A stretch of DNA of 64,000 nucleotides from Candidatus Fermentithermobacillaceae bacterium (GTDB taxonomy: Bacteria; Bacillota; Sulfobacillia; Fermentithermobacillales; DUSS01), in NCBI GenBank assembly GCA_020725645.1, contig DYEQ01000030.1, positions 2,863 to 66,862 on the forward strand, given 5' to 3'. Position 1 is the stretch's first letter. The number at the start of each line of letters is the position of its first letter. The translations under genes were made by a program, and so were the position numbers. The notes under the pieces were generated by a model. It did no database searches. It saw only the letters and a program-made list of their open reading frames with translations, and was not told the DNA's origin. Of the stretch, positions 1-10,089 are shown piece by piece.

Positions 1-67
1 TGCTATTCGTTCAGGTCATACTACATGCCAGCCCGTAAGGCCTGCGCCACGTCGACGACGCCGCCAG

Positions 68-97
68 TTGACACTATCACCCGTTTCGTGATAAAGG
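68..97 (+). promoter_or_regulatory. putative sigmaA promoter of the T-box leader
   Basis: TTGACA at 68-73, then TG-n-TAAAGG at 89-97 (18-nt spacer), about 30 nt before T-box stem I. Confidence 0.55.
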
Positions 98-125
98 TTC
101 TGCTAACAACCTCAAAGCGCTGCCC

Positions 126-457
126 AGCTATGATGAGGAGAAGTACCCTGGAACCGGCCGCTCAGAGAGCCCGGGGCCGGTGCGACCGGGACGGCGGTCC
201 AGGAGAAATACACCTCGGAGCTTCCGGTTGAACCCGCGGTTCTGCGGCAGTAGACTCAGGCGGACCTTCCACCGTTACCCGGAAGAGAGCATCGCAGCGG
301 TCCCGGGCCACGTCTCCCGGTGCTACCCGGTCCGGGGGCCGGGTACGTCCGGAGTTCGGGGCAAGACGCTGCCGTGCTTTAGCGAGCGGGCTTCGACCAA
401 TCAGGGTGGTACCGCGGGCACAGCGACCCGTCCCTCAGGGGACGGGCTCTTGTTTTT
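126..457 (+). ncRNA. T-box riboswitch, Tyr (UAC) specifier
   Basis: Stem I with AGTA (142-145), AG box, GGTGCGA loop and GAA-A-TAC-A specifier loop (TAC 209-211); AGTAG and CCGTTA stem II elements; T-box AGGGTGGTACCGCG (403-416); terminator CCCGTCCC-tcag-GGGACGGG plus T-tract (427-457). Confidence 0.93.
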
Positions 458-542
458 AGAGAGCCTCCTTCACCCGGAGCAGGGCCGACAGGTTGGGCAG
501 ACCTTCACGACGGGCTCGGCCCGTCAGAAAGAGGTGAGAGAA

Positions 543-1817
543 GTGATTCAAGAAGACGGATGCTCAAGGAGTTCTCTCCCCGCGGCCTCCGCGGCGGGTG
601 GCGTGACCGCGCGTCCCGGCGGAGCGTATCCCCGGCACCCTTCCACGGCCGCAGCTCTTCTCGTCTTCGGCTCCGTCGTCCTGGTCCTCATCTTCGGCCT
701 GCGACTCGGCGCCGCGTGCTGCCTGGCCTCGGTCGCCACCGGCACATCCTTTGGGACCATAAGCACCGTCGGGCTGGCTCTCATGGGCGTCGGCGAGGCC
801 ATGGGTGTCCCCGCGCGCCTGCTGGCGGGTGCGATTGTATCGGGCGCGTATTTCGGCGACAAAATGTCTCCCCTGTCCGACACGACCAACGTCGCGCCCG
901 CCGTATCCGGCAGCAACATCTACGAACACATAGGTTCGATGGCCTACACCGCGCTGCCGGCCCTGGCGGTCTCCCTCGACGGGTTTCTCTTCCTCGGGAC
1001 GAGTCTCTCACCCGGGACCGCACAGGTCCCGACCGGCCTCCTCAGGGCGGCTCTGCTCGGCACCTTCAGTACCGGCCCCGCCAGGCTCGTGCCCATCATC
1101 CTGCTGGCCGTCCTGTCCATAAAGAAGGTGCCTCCGGTGCCGGCCTTCACGGGCGTGCTGGCGGTCTCTTTTGTGATGGGTCTCCTCACTCAGAAAGCAT
1201 CTCCCGCCTCCCTCGCCAGGGCGATGGTCGCCGGGTACACGGGCGGGTCAGGAAACGCCGTTATGGACAAGCTCCTGACGAGGGGCGGAATGAACTCGAT
1301 GCTCCCGACGGTCTTCCTCATCCTGATGGCGACGGGTATGGGCGGAGTGCTGCGGGATGCCGGCGTCATAAGACGCCTAGTCCGGGCTGTGCTCGTCGCC
1401 GTCCGGTCCACCCGCGGGCTCATTCTGTCGGTCGCCGCCTCCTGCTACCTCACCCTTCTCGCCACCGGAAACCAGATGCTCGCCCTCATCCTGCCCGGCC
1501 AGGCCTTTCGCGAAGCTTTCGCCGAACGGCACGTTCCCGCGAAGATCCTATCGCGAACCCTGGAGGACTGCGGGACTCTGGGAGCGCCTCTCGTGCCCTG
1601 GAGCACCGCGGCCCTTTTCATCAACGACATGCTCAAGGTCCCCGCCGCCCAGTACGCACCGTACGCCCTCTTGAACTGGATAACCCCGCTCGTCGCCGCG
1701 CTCTATGCACTGACCGGGGTGTTCACCGGTGGGTCGTCCTCCCCGCAGCAGCCACGGACTTTGGCGGAAACCGGCGGAGCCCGCCTTTCCGCAGGCTCAG
1801 GGGGGAACAAACAATAG
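543..1817 (+). CDS. NhaC-family transporter, probably an amino acid (Tyr-related) importer; appears to carry an internal in-frame deletion
   Basis: Motifs SVATGTSFGT, AGAIVSGAYFGDKMSPLSDTT, LLTRGGMNSM and LSRTLEDCGT...PW; GTG start after GAGGTGAG. Confidence 0.85.
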   Translation: MIQEDGCSRSSLPAASAAGGVTARPGGAYPRHPSTAAALLVFGSVVLVLIFGLRLGAACCLASVATGTSFGTISTVGLALMGVGEAMGVPARLLAGAIVSGAYFGDKMSPLSDTTNVAPAVSGSNIYEHIGSMAYTALPALAVSLDGFLFLGTSLSPGTAQVPTGLLRAALLGTFSTGPARLVPIILLAVLSIKKVPPVPAFTGVLAVSFVMGLLTQKASPASLARAMVAGYTGGSGNAVMDKLLTRGGMNSMLPTVFLILMATGMGGVLRDAGVIRRLVRAVLVAVRSTRGLILSVAASCYLTLLATGNQMLALILPGQAFREAFAERHVPAKILSRTLEDCGTLGAPLVPWSTAALFINDMLKVPAAQYAPYALLNWITPLVAALYALTGVFTGGSSSPQQPRTLAETGGARLSAGSGGNKQ

Positions 1818-1834
1818 ACAGGGAGGTTTTTAAG

Positions 1835-2809
1835 ATGATCATCGATGTCCACAATCACTTCTATCCCAGGGCGTATCTAGATGAGATCGCCGGGGGGAAA
1901 TGCCGCGCAAAGATGGGACAGGACCAGTCCGGCGATCCGGTCATCTTTTACGAAGGAGATTTCAACATCGTGGACCGGGGCCACAGGGACGCCGGCTTCC
2001 GGCTAGGTGAAATCTCCAGGCACGGCATAGACGTCCAGGTCCTGACCATGACCACGCCCGGGGTTCACATCGAGGAAGAAGGCCGTGGGGTGGAGATGGC
2101 CAGGGCCGTCAACGAGGGGTTCGCCGAGGTGGTCCGGAACACCAGCGGTCGCTTCCAGGCCCTGGCATCTTTGCCGATGCAGGCGCCGGACAGGGCGGCG
2201 CGGGAGCTCGAGCACGCCGTGAAAAACCTGGGACTCAAAGGCGGGACTGTCTTTACGAACATAAACGGCAGGACACTCGATCTCCCCGAATTCGACCCTG
2301 TACTCGAGGTTGCGGAGAAGCTTTCGGTACCTCTCTTCATACATCCGACCACCCCCTACCCGTCCCGGGCGTTTTTAGACTACCGCCTGGTCGCCACCCT
2401 CGGTTTCCCCACCGATACCACCCTGTGCATCGCCAGGCTCATCTTCGCTGGAGTCCTCGACAGGCACCCCGGCCTCAAGATCATCTCGTCGCACCTGGGA
2501 GGAACCCTGCCCTACCTCGCCGAGCGCCTGGACAGGGGTTACCGGGCCTATCCGGAGTGCCGCAAGATAGAGAGAGCGCCTTCGGAGTACCTGAAAGAAA
2601 TATTCTACGACTGCGTCCTTTTCCACAGGGAAACGGTGGAATTCGCCGTGAAGACCATCGGGGCCACCCAGTTCATGGCCGGCAGCGATTATCCGCACCA
2701 GATCGGAAGTCTGGCGGGGGCCGTCCGGCTCGTGGAATCTCTCAGGATACCCGAACAGGAAAAGGAGATGATCCGTAGCGGCAACGCCCGCAGAGTGTTC
2801 GATCTCTAG
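1835..2809 (+). CDS. amidohydrolase_2 family protein (ACMSD/LigW-like decarboxylase or hydratase)
   Basis: IIDVHNH, FIHP, SHLGG and GSDYPH motifs; RBS GGGAGG. Confidence 0.88.
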   Translation: MIIDVHNHFYPRAYLDEIAGGKCRAKMGQDQSGDPVIFYEGDFNIVDRGHRDAGFRLGEISRHGIDVQVLTMTTPGVHIEEEGRGVEMARAVNEGFAEVVRNTSGRFQALASLPMQAPDRAARELEHAVKNLGLKGGTVFTNINGRTLDLPEFDPVLEVAEKLSVPLFIHPTTPYPSRAFLDYRLVATLGFPTDTTLCIARLIFAGVLDRHPGLKIISSHLGGTLPYLAERLDRGYRAYPECRKIERAPSEYLKEIFYDCVLFHRETVEFAVKTIGATQFMAGSDYPHQIGSLAGAVRLVESLRIPEQEKEMIRSGNARRVFDL

Positions 2810-2901
2810 AGCGCGAGGCTGACCCTGAATGTTCGCTGCCGATCGCGGCTTTAAACAAACTATGTCTTACCCGTCCCGGCGGGCACGGACCCAACGAGCC
2901 C

Positions 2902-2935
2902 CCCCCGGACTCTTTATCCGGGGGTCTAACCTTTT
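2902..2935 (+). terminator. possible terminator hairpin
   Basis: CCCCCGGA-N7-TCCGGGGG followed by a weak T-rich run. Confidence 0.4.
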
Positions 2936-3221
2936 GTCACCAGGTCGGCTACGGTCGTCTTCGCCATCACAACTTCCAGGTTTCTTTGAGCCTGAGACCA
3001 CACCGGCAGAAGCGGGCAGCGTTCTTTGCGGTCACAGGGATAAGCCCGGGCCAGACATTCTTTCACGCGTTGCTGTTGCATCAAAGGACCGGGTATTTCG
3101 TAATTGAAGCATAGGAGGGTATGATGAACGTACCGCACAGACCGGCGTTGTGGGATACTCCTGGGCAGGAAGTTTTTGATAACGGTGATGACACACGTAA
3201 TCGTGTAAAGGGGTTTTTCCA

Positions 3222-4121
3222 TTGATCTGCTGTTTTGTTGCTCTGGCGGTTCTGACTCTGGCTGCCCTTTTCCTGGTGTACCGGGAGACCAGGTGGCCGC
3301 GACTGACTGTCATACAGGTCGGTGACCCGGATGATTCCGGAGAGCCCGTCGTCATCCTGCACCTTGCGGACCTTCACGGACAGCTTTTCGGCAAAGACCA
3401 GGAGCACATCAGGAATTTGATCACTGGAAAGGAGGTGGACCTGGTGGTTCTCACCGGCGACCTCGTCGATGAACATACTACTTCCATAGAGCCCCTGAAC
3501 TCCTTGCTCGAATGCCTCCCGGAAGCACCGAGGTTTTTCGTCCCCGGAAATCACGACAAGATATCTCCGGTAACTCGGGAGCTGTATGCCTCGTTGTCCA
3601 AGTACGGCGTGACAATCCTCGACAACAAGAAAGTTAGTTTGAGTAAGAAAGGCAAGCGCGTCTCCGTCGTAGGCCTGGACGATCCCTATCTGGGCACCCC
3701 GGATCCTGAACTCTTGACCGGCCACGGGGCCAGCGAAGGCGAGCTATCGATCCTTCTCTGTCATGCTCCAACCTTCGGCAATCGAGCCGTAGCACAATTC
3801 AAAGACACATGGGATAGCTGTAACAAGGAAGTGACGACTTCGCAAAAACCCCGGTTCACATCCGGTTCTGTTCTCGAACTCGCTTCGAGACACGGCTTCG
3901 ATCTTGTGCTGGCTGGCCACACCCACGGCGGCCAAATAAAAATCCCTGGATTAGGTGCGGTTTTTGTCCCCGGGCAAGGTTTCCATCCTAAATACGTAGA
4001 AGGCGTGTATCGCAGCGGGTCTACTGCGATGTTCATCACCAGAGGTCTCGGAACATCAAGACTGCCTGTGAGGCTGCTTTCCCGGCCCGAAGTAGCTATC
4101 ATCAGGTGGTTTACGCCTTGA
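3222..4121 (+). CDS. membrane-anchored metallophosphoesterase (YkuE-like); start uncertain
   Basis: DLH, GDLVD, GNHD, LLCHAP and AGHTHGGQ calcineurin-like motifs; N-terminal TM helix. Confidence 0.88.
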   Translation: MICCFVALAVLTLAALFLVYRETRWPRLTVIQVGDPDDSGEPVVILHLADLHGQLFGKDQEHIRNLITGKEVDLVVLTGDLVDEHTTSIEPLNSLLECLPEAPRFFVPGNHDKISPVTRELYASLSKYGVTILDNKKVSLSKKGKRVSVVGLDDPYLGTPDPELLTGHGASEGELSILLCHAPTFGNRAVAQFKDTWDSCNKEVTTSQKPRFTSGSVLELASRHGFDLVLAGHTHGGQIKIPGLGAVFVPGQGFHPKYVEGVYRSGSTAMFITRGLGTSRLPVRLLSRPEVAIIRWFTP

Positions 4122-4151
4122 ATCTCTTCGCCCGCGCCCAACCCTTCGTGT

Positions 4152-4493
4152 TTGAAGCGGTCTCGGCCGCGACAAAACGTGTCTTTTTGCCCGCGGGCAC
4201 CTCAGGCGGGGTCCATGCTTAGGGGTTCGAACTTCGGAGGCGAGATCATCCCCGGAGGTGAAATTGGAATCTACGCTGCCGGCTGGGCGGTAGACCCCCG
4301 AGCGGCAAAGGTAGTACTCGTGCGTGGCGATGGTGAAGAGTTCAGCTGTGCCGTAAAGAACGGCTTCTGGTGGACGGGACCTCACAAGTGGGGAAATTAC
4401 TTTCCTGACAAGGCTATCGTATACGATGAATCCGGCAAAGTTCTATACGAGGGAGTTTTTCCTCCCCGACTTAAGGAGAGCCCGTGGCGCTAG
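4152..4493 (+). CDS. hypothetical protein, possibly a C-terminal gene remnant
   Basis: Protein-like beta-rich C-terminal half; no convincing RBS or start. Confidence 0.4.
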   Translation: MKRSRPRQNVSFCPRAPQAGSMLRGSNFGGEIIPGGEIGIYAAGWAVDPRAAKVVLVRGDGEEFSCAVKNGFWWTGPHKWGNYFPDKAIVYDESGKVLYEGVFPPRLKESPWR

Positions 4494-4842
4494 AGATGAG
4501 TCTGTCCAGCCGTCCTTCGAATAACCGTCTCCGCGTCGAGGGCGGTCTTTCGGCGGAACCGCCCTCACTTCTAACTCAACCTCTTGCCCCACCGGTACCG
4601 GCTCACTCAGATCCTGGTTGATGGATGAGAGAACCAGTGATGCCTTTTTCCATGGGTGCACTGCTTTCGTGGGTTGCGTTGCTTTCTCACAAACCACAAT
4701 TGGATGTGCCTCCGCGATTTCCTACCTCACCCTACCCCAGGTGCTCTTATTGCTTCGGATGGAGAGTCCCACAGTTTCTAATCTAGAGCCGGTACACCCG
4801 ACCCCAGGGAACACTCACGCGCTCACCTCGCCGGGTCGCTTT

Positions 4843-4851
4843 TGCTATAAT
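4843..4851 (+). promoter_or_regulatory. extended -10 promoter upstream of glnS
   Basis: TG-C-TATAAT. Confidence 0.55.
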
Positions 4852-5033
4852 TGATGCAGTTTTAATAGGACCGATTCGGATCACATCCTGGACGACATTG
4901 CAGCCGGGCGGGAGTGGCAGGCGCGGCGCGAATTCCAAGCGAGCAAGAAGCGAACAAGCACGCTAAACCGGCGAGCCCGGCAGCGACGCCCGAAAGGTTT
5001 TGGATTCATTACCGCTGATGGGGTGGGTCTTCA

Positions 5034-6710
5034 ATGCCAGAAAACTTCATCCAGGACATCATCACCGAGGATCTCAAAGAGGGCAAATACGGCGGACGGG
5101 TACAAACCAGGTTCCCGCCGGAGCCCAACGGCTATCTTCACATAGGTCATGCCAAGTCGATATGCTTGAACTTCGGACTCGCCCAAGCCAACGGCGGGCT
5201 CTGCAACTTGAGGTTTGACGACACGAACCCGACCAAGGAGGATGTCGAGTACGTGGAGTCGATCAAGGAAGACGTCCGCTGGCTCGGATTCGACTGGGAT
5301 GACCGTTGCTATTACGCCTCGGATTACTTCGAAGAGCTTTACGAATTCGCCATTCAGCTCATCAAGGCAGGCAAAGCTTACGTTTGCGACCTCAGTCCTG
5401 AGGAAATCAAGGAGTACCGCGGTACGCTCACTGAGCCCGGTAAAGAGAGCCCGTATCGCAACCGCTCCGTGGAAGAAAACCTGGACCTCTTTCGACGGAT
5501 GCGGGCAGGCGAGTTCCCGGATGGATCACGGACGCTCAGAGCGAAGATCGATATGGCATCGCCCAACCTCAACATGAGGGATCCTGTGCTCTACAGGATA
5601 ATCCATGCCCCGCATCACCGGACGGGCGACAAATGGTGCATTTACCCTATGTACGACTTCGCGCACCCGTTGTCAGACGCCATAGAACAAATAACGCATT
5701 CCATCTGTACGCTGGAGTTCGCAGACCACCGGCCGCTTTACGATTGGCTCATAGAAAACGTGGACTTCTCCAAATACGGACCGGTCAAGCCAAAGCAAAT
5801 CGAGTTCGCCCGGTTGAACCTGACCCACACCGTCATGAGCAAACGGAAGCTAAGGCAGCTCGTAGAGCGCGGCTACGTCTCGGGATGGGATGACCCGCGA
5901 ATGCCCACCATTTCGGGCCTTAGAAGACGCGGCTGCACGCCGGAGGCTATCCGCGACTTCTGCGAGCGCATCGGCGTAGCCAAGAGAAACAGTATCGTAG
6001 ATATCGCCCTTCTCGAACATTGCGTGAGGGAAGACCTGAACAAGCGAGCACCCAGGGTGATGGCCGTACTGCGACCGCTTCGGGTGGTCATCGATAACTA
6101 CCCCGATGACCAGGTTGAATGGCTTGAGGCCGAAAACAACCCAGAGAAGCCGGAGATGGGGACGCGACGCGTGCCGTTGTCCAAGGTCATCTACATCGAG
6201 CAGGACGATTTTATGGAGAACCCACCGAAGAAGTTTTACCGCTTAGCTCCAGGACGGGAAGTCCGTCTCAAGAACGCGTACATCATCAGGTGCGACCGCG
6301 TGGTTAAAGACGAACACACGGGCCAGGTAACCGAGCTACACTGCACCTACGACCCGGATACGAAGAGCGGTAGCCCCGGCGCTAACCGAAAGGTAAAAGT
6401 CACCCTGCACTGGGTTTCCGCGGCTCACGCCGTCCCCGCAGAGGTTCGTCTCTACGACCACCTGTTCCTTAGTGAAAATCCCGATGAACGCGAAGATTTC
6501 ATGAGCGATCTCAACCCGAATTCACTGGAACGGCTGGAATCGTGCATGATCGAGCCGTCCGTGGCAGGAGCACCGCCCGGGACCCGCTACCAGTTCCTGA
6601 GGCAGGGGTACTTCTGCGTCGACCCGGATTCAGCCCCGGAGAAACTCGTCTTCAACCGGATAGTGACTCTGAAGGACGAGTGGGCCAAGGTGGCTGGCTC
6701 GGGCACATGA
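5034..6710 (+). CDS. glnS: glutamine--tRNA ligase
   Basis: [17 protein letters not shown] (HIGH), VMSKRKL and QFLRQGYF; 558 aa. Confidence 0.96.
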   Translation: MPENFIQDIITEDLKEGKYGGRVQTRFPPEPNGYLHIGHAKSICLNFGLAQANGGLCNLRFDDTNPTKEDVEYVESIKEDVRWLGFDWDDRCYYASDYFEELYEFAIQLIKAGKAYVCDLSPEEIKEYRGTLTEPGKESPYRNRSVEENLDLFRRMRAGEFPDGSRTLRAKIDMASPNLNMRDPVLYRIIHAPHHRTGDKWCIYPMYDFAHPLSDAIEQITHSICTLEFADHRPLYDWLIENVDFSKYGPVKPKQIEFARLNLTHTVMSKRKLRQLVERGYVSGWDDPRMPTISGLRRRGCTPEAIRDFCERIGVAKRNSIVDIALLEHCVREDLNKRAPRVMAVLRPLRVVIDNYPDDQVEWLEAENNPEKPEMGTRRVPLSKVIYIEQDDFMENPPKKFYRLAPGREVRLKNAYIIRCDRVVKDEHTGQVTELHCTYDPDTKSGSPGANRKVKVTLHWVSAAHAVPAEVRLYDHLFLSENPDEREDFMSDLNPNSLERLESCMIEPSVAGAPPGTRYQFLRQGYFCVDPDSAPEKLVFNRIVTLKDEWAKVAGSGT

Positions 6711-7609
6711 AGAGGAAGAATACTTCATGGGGACACGTCGCACACTGGTACAATGCCCTTCTCAAAGAGGAGGGTACATACCAGAAAGAAGTCATTCTAC
6801 CCAACCTGCTGAGGCTGATGGATTTAAAAGCCGACGAAATCGTTCTCGACCTTGCCTGCGGCCAGGGCTTTTTCACCAGGGAGTTCGCGAAGTTCGCCGC
6901 GAAAGCGATCGGCGTAGACATTTCCCCGGAACTCATCGCCATCGCCCGGGAACTGTCCGGCCACGGGCAGTCACCCTCGCACGGATCTATCTCCCACCCA
7001 TCGAGAGACGCGCAACGAGAATCCCCTTTTCGCTCGAGTCCCGGCGGCGGTAACCGCGCTCGACCCGTCAGGCCCAAAGAAGGGGCTTTTACCGGAGGTC
7101 AAATCGAATATGTAGTGTCCTCGGCGGATAATCTCGACTTTCTCCCCGCAGAAAGCGTGGATAAAGCGGCGTTGGTCCTCGCTCTCGGAAACATCGAGAA
7201 CGTGAGAGGCGTTTTCATCGAATTGAGGCGGGTCCTTCGACCACCGGGAGCGGTATACATCGTCCTCAACCATCCGGCTTTCAGGATTCCGCGGATGTCG
7301 AGCTGGGGCTGGGACGAGAAAGCCAGGATCCTGTACAGGCGGCTAGACCGGTACATGTCTGAATCGATGTGCAACATCCAGGTGCACCCCGGATCTCGGC
7401 CTCACGTGTACACCATCACCTTTCACAGGCCGCTGCAGTGGTACTTCAAACACCTTGCCAACTGCGGGTTCTGCGTCACCCGATTGGAAGAGTGGATCTC
7501 AAACAGGAAAAGCCAGCCCGGACCGAGAGCTGAAGCGGAAAACACCGCGAGAAAGGAGTTTCCGCTGTTCCTGTTCATCGAAGCTCGACCCTTCCCGTCG
7601 CAACGATGA
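6707..7609 (+). CDS. class I SAM-dependent methyltransferase
   Basis: VLDLACGQG motif I and GVDIS; ATGA overlap with the glnS stop. Confidence 0.88.
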   Translation: MKRKNTSWGHVAHWYNALLKEEGTYQKEVILPNLLRLMDLKADEIVLDLACGQGFFTREFAKFAAKAIGVDISPELIAIARELSGHGQSPSHGSISHPSRDAQRESPFRSSPGGGNRARPVRPKEGAFTGGQIEYVVSSADNLDFLPAESVDKAALVLALGNIENVRGVFIELRRVLRPPGAVYIVLNHPAFRIPRMSSWGWDEKARILYRRLDRYMSESMCNIQVHPGSRPHVYTITFHRPLQWYFKHLANCGFCVTRLEEWISNRKSQPGPRAEAENTARKEFPLFLFIEARPFPSQR

Positions 7610-7758
7610 TGGCAAGATGTTGCGGTACCGCGTCTTCCGGTAGCGGAAAGGCGAGGCACGGCACCGGCGACGGCGAGCCGCCGGTTTGCGGGCATCACAA
7701 AACACGGTTTAAGGGCGAAGATAACGGCAAATCCGGCGAGGCACCCTCTCTCTGACGG

Positions 7759-7787
7759 TTTACTGCGACAGCGTGCAGCTATACAAT
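7759..7787 (+). promoter_or_regulatory. sigmaA promoter of the hfs-like operon
   Basis: TTTACT-N17-TACAAT. Confidence 0.7.
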
Positions 7788-7798
7788 GACAGTGGACT

Positions 7799-7816
7799 TA
7801 GTGAACGTTTTCACTA
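7799..7816. promoter_or_regulatory. Rex-like operator
   Basis: Palindrome TAGTGAA-cgtt-TTCACTA with perfect arms, close to the Rex consensus TTGTGAA-N4-TTCACAA, just downstream of the -10. Confidence 0.75.
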
Positions 7817-7832
7817 TGGGAGTGGAGGCTCC

Positions 7833-8081
7833 GTGATCACCATCGAAGTGTGCCTGGGAAGCTCCTGCTTTCTGAAGGGCGCCGGTGAGGTGGTACAGGC
7901 ATTTCAGAAACTCGCCGAGTCGCTCCCCCCTGGTAAGGTCGACATCAGGGGGAGTTTCTGCATGGGCAGGTGCCAGGAAGGTGTTACGGTCAGAATAGGC
8001 GACCGTTACTTCACGGGGATTCGAGCTTCGGATGTCCCAGGGATTTTCGATGAGTTCGTGAGACAGGAAGTGTCTCCATAA
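7833..8081 (+). CDS. thioredoxin-like [2Fe-2S] protein (HfsA/NuoE-like)
   Basis: CLGSSC...FCMGRC; GTG start after GGAGG. Confidence 0.88.
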   Translation: MITIEVCLGSSCFLKGAGEVVQAFQKLAESLPPGKVDIRGSFCMGRCQEGVTVRIGDRYFTGIRASDVPGIFDEFVRQEVSP

Positions 8082-8198
8082 AACCTTCCGGAAGGAGAGC
8101 TACTTCTCTCGACGACCCCTTTGTCGGAGGAGCTACTTCTCCCGGTAGTCCTTCCGGTGGGTTCAGCGGCGCTAAGGAGGCGCTAAGGAGCGGATGAA

Positions 8199-9944
8199 AT
8201 GCCCGTCATAGAAACGATAAAAGCAAGATGCAGAGACTGTTACAAGTGTCTTAGAGAATGCCCGGTGAAAGCCATAAGGGTCAACAAGGGAGAGACTGAC
8301 AAAGACCTCTATCTAACCGTCGAAGAGGAAACCTGCGTATTCTGCGGAAAGTGCGTCACCGTGTGCCCACAAAAGGCGAAACGCCCGTCGGATGACGCCG
8401 GATTCGTTAAGGCCCTCGTAAAGCGAGGACCGGTGATAGCTGAGGTTGCGCCGTCGTTTGTAGCTTCCCTGCCTTTCGATGACGCCACCGTGTTCCCTGC
8501 CCTCCTCAGGAAGCTCGGCTTTTCCGCCGTGTGCGAGACTGCTTTCGGTGCCGAGCTCGTAGCCCGAGCTCACGCCCGCTTCTTCCAGCGCAACGGCCGG
8601 AAAGTCATTGCCACGGCATGCCCCGCGGTGGTCAACCTGGTGGAGAAACACTTCCCTGAAGTTATCCCATATCTCGCCCCCGTAGCTTCTCCGATGATCG
8701 TGATGGGGCGGTACCTGAAGTCGATGTATCCCGGCGCCCGCGTCGTCTTCATCGGACCCTGTGTCGCAAAGAAAGATGAGATCCGCCGCAGCGAAAACAC
8801 GGACGCCGTGGATGTCGTCCTGACGTACCGTGAGATCCTCGACTGGGCGACCAGCCTTGGCATCGAATCCGACTCCCTTCCCAAGGAACTTTTCGATCCT
8901 CCGGTGCCGGGCCGTGCACGTCTCTTCCCGGCCGAAGGCGGCCTTTTAAGCTCCGCCCGGATCGTAGAGGACTGGATGTCCCCCCGGGTTGCTCTAGTGT
9001 CGGGTATGGACCGCTGCATGGACGCTCTCAGGCACTTCGTCCAGGGCGAACCCGGACCGGATCTCGTGGAAATGATGGCGTGCCCCGGCGGGTGTCTCGC
9101 AGGGCCAGTGGTTGAAAATGACCTCGACCTCGTATCCAGGCGAAGAAAGCTCATAGAGTATTACGCATCAGCCGGCGTTGAAACCCCACCGGCCTTGGAC
9201 GGCCAGCTGGAAACCGGTGACGAGGTCTTCAAGCTCACCCGGACGGCCTTTCAGAACAGAAAGGCCCGGTGGGACGACGTACCGGAAGAGGAAATCCGCC
9301 GGATACTGGCGATAACCGGGAAGCTGCGACCGGAAGATGAACTCAATTGCGGTGCGTGCGGATTTCCCAGCTGCCGCGAGAAAGCTAAGGCTTGTTACAG
9401 AGGCCTTGCCGACCCCACGCTGTGCATTCCGTTCATGAGAGAGAAGGCCGAGTCTATGGCGACACTGGTCGTCGAGTCCGTGCCTAATGGGATAGTGGTC
9501 ATGGCCGAGGACGGAAGTATCCTGGATTTGAACCCAGCAGCTCAGACGGTGCTGGGCGTATCGAGAAAAGAGGCGGTCAAGCAGCACGCCAGAAATGTGC
9601 TGGGAGATGATCTCTTCCTGAAGGTGTGGACCAACGGGGAGAAAGCTACCCATGCCACCGGGGAAGTGAACTCGAGGTTCGTTGAAATCACCTCGTTCTG
9701 GGAGCCAGCTCAGCGGGTGGTGGTGGCGATCTTCACCGACCGAACCCGGGAGCATCAGGAGTCCGAAGAGCTGAGGCGTGTTCGGGAGGAAACCGCCAGG
9801 CGGGTGGAACAGGTCATCGACCGCCAGATGACCGTGGTCCAGAAGATCGCCGGGCTGCTCGGGGAGACCGTTGCGGAGACCAGAGGTTCGCTGAGCCAGC
9901 TCTTAAACCTCATCAAGCAACCGGAGGAAGAATCGGAGAAGTGA
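8199..9944 (+). CDS. putative sensory [FeFe]-hydrogenase with PAS domain (group C, HydS/HfsB-like)
   Basis: 2x[4Fe-4S] N-terminus; variant H-cluster motifs ATACPA, GPCVAKKDE and EMMACPGGC; NCGACG Fe-S domain; C-terminal PAS and QKIAGLLGET helix. Confidence 0.9.
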   Translation: MPVIETIKARCRDCYKCLRECPVKAIRVNKGETDKDLYLTVEEETCVFCGKCVTVCPQKAKRPSDDAGFVKALVKRGPVIAEVAPSFVASLPFDDATVFPALLRKLGFSAVCETAFGAELVARAHARFFQRNGRKVIATACPAVVNLVEKHFPEVIPYLAPVASPMIVMGRYLKSMYPGARVVFIGPCVAKKDEIRRSENTDAVDVVLTYREILDWATSLGIESDSLPKELFDPPVPGRARLFPAEGGLLSSARIVEDWMSPRVALVSGMDRCMDALRHFVQGEPGPDLVEMMACPGGCLAGPVVENDLDLVSRRRKLIEYYASAGVETPPALDGQLETGDEVFKLTRTAFQNRKARWDDVPEEEIRRILAITGKLRPEDELNCGACGFPSCREKAKACYRGLADPTLCIPFMREKAESMATLVVESVPNGIVVMAEDGSILDLNPAAQTVLGVSRKEAVKQHARNVLGDDLFLKVWTNGEKATHATGEVNSRFVEITSFWEPAQRVVVAIFTDRTREHQESEELRRVREETARRVEQVIDRQMTVVQKIAGLLGETVAETRGSLSQLLNLIKQPEEESEK

Positions 9945-10089
9945 AAGCCGCGATTGGGAGACAGGTGGGGCTCAGGGCAAGAGAATGGTCGCTAAGAGAG
10001 AACTGCCGGGGTATCTGAGTCTGACCTCTGACCCTTCAGGCGTGTTTCCTTGTGGTCGAGGATGGGCAAGGAAAGGAGCGCACAAATAG

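Noticed and set aside
180..542. N-terminal extension of the NhaC ORF
   Set aside because: It runs through the T-box leader and terminator
560..1834. 425-codon open frame upstream of the amidohydrolase (the 749-aa ORF)
   Set aside because: Arg/Pro-rich shadow frame of the GC-rich NhaC gene; the real start has its own RBS at 1835
4852..5033. T-box upstream of glnS
   Set aside because: No GGTGGNACCGCG motif or terminator found
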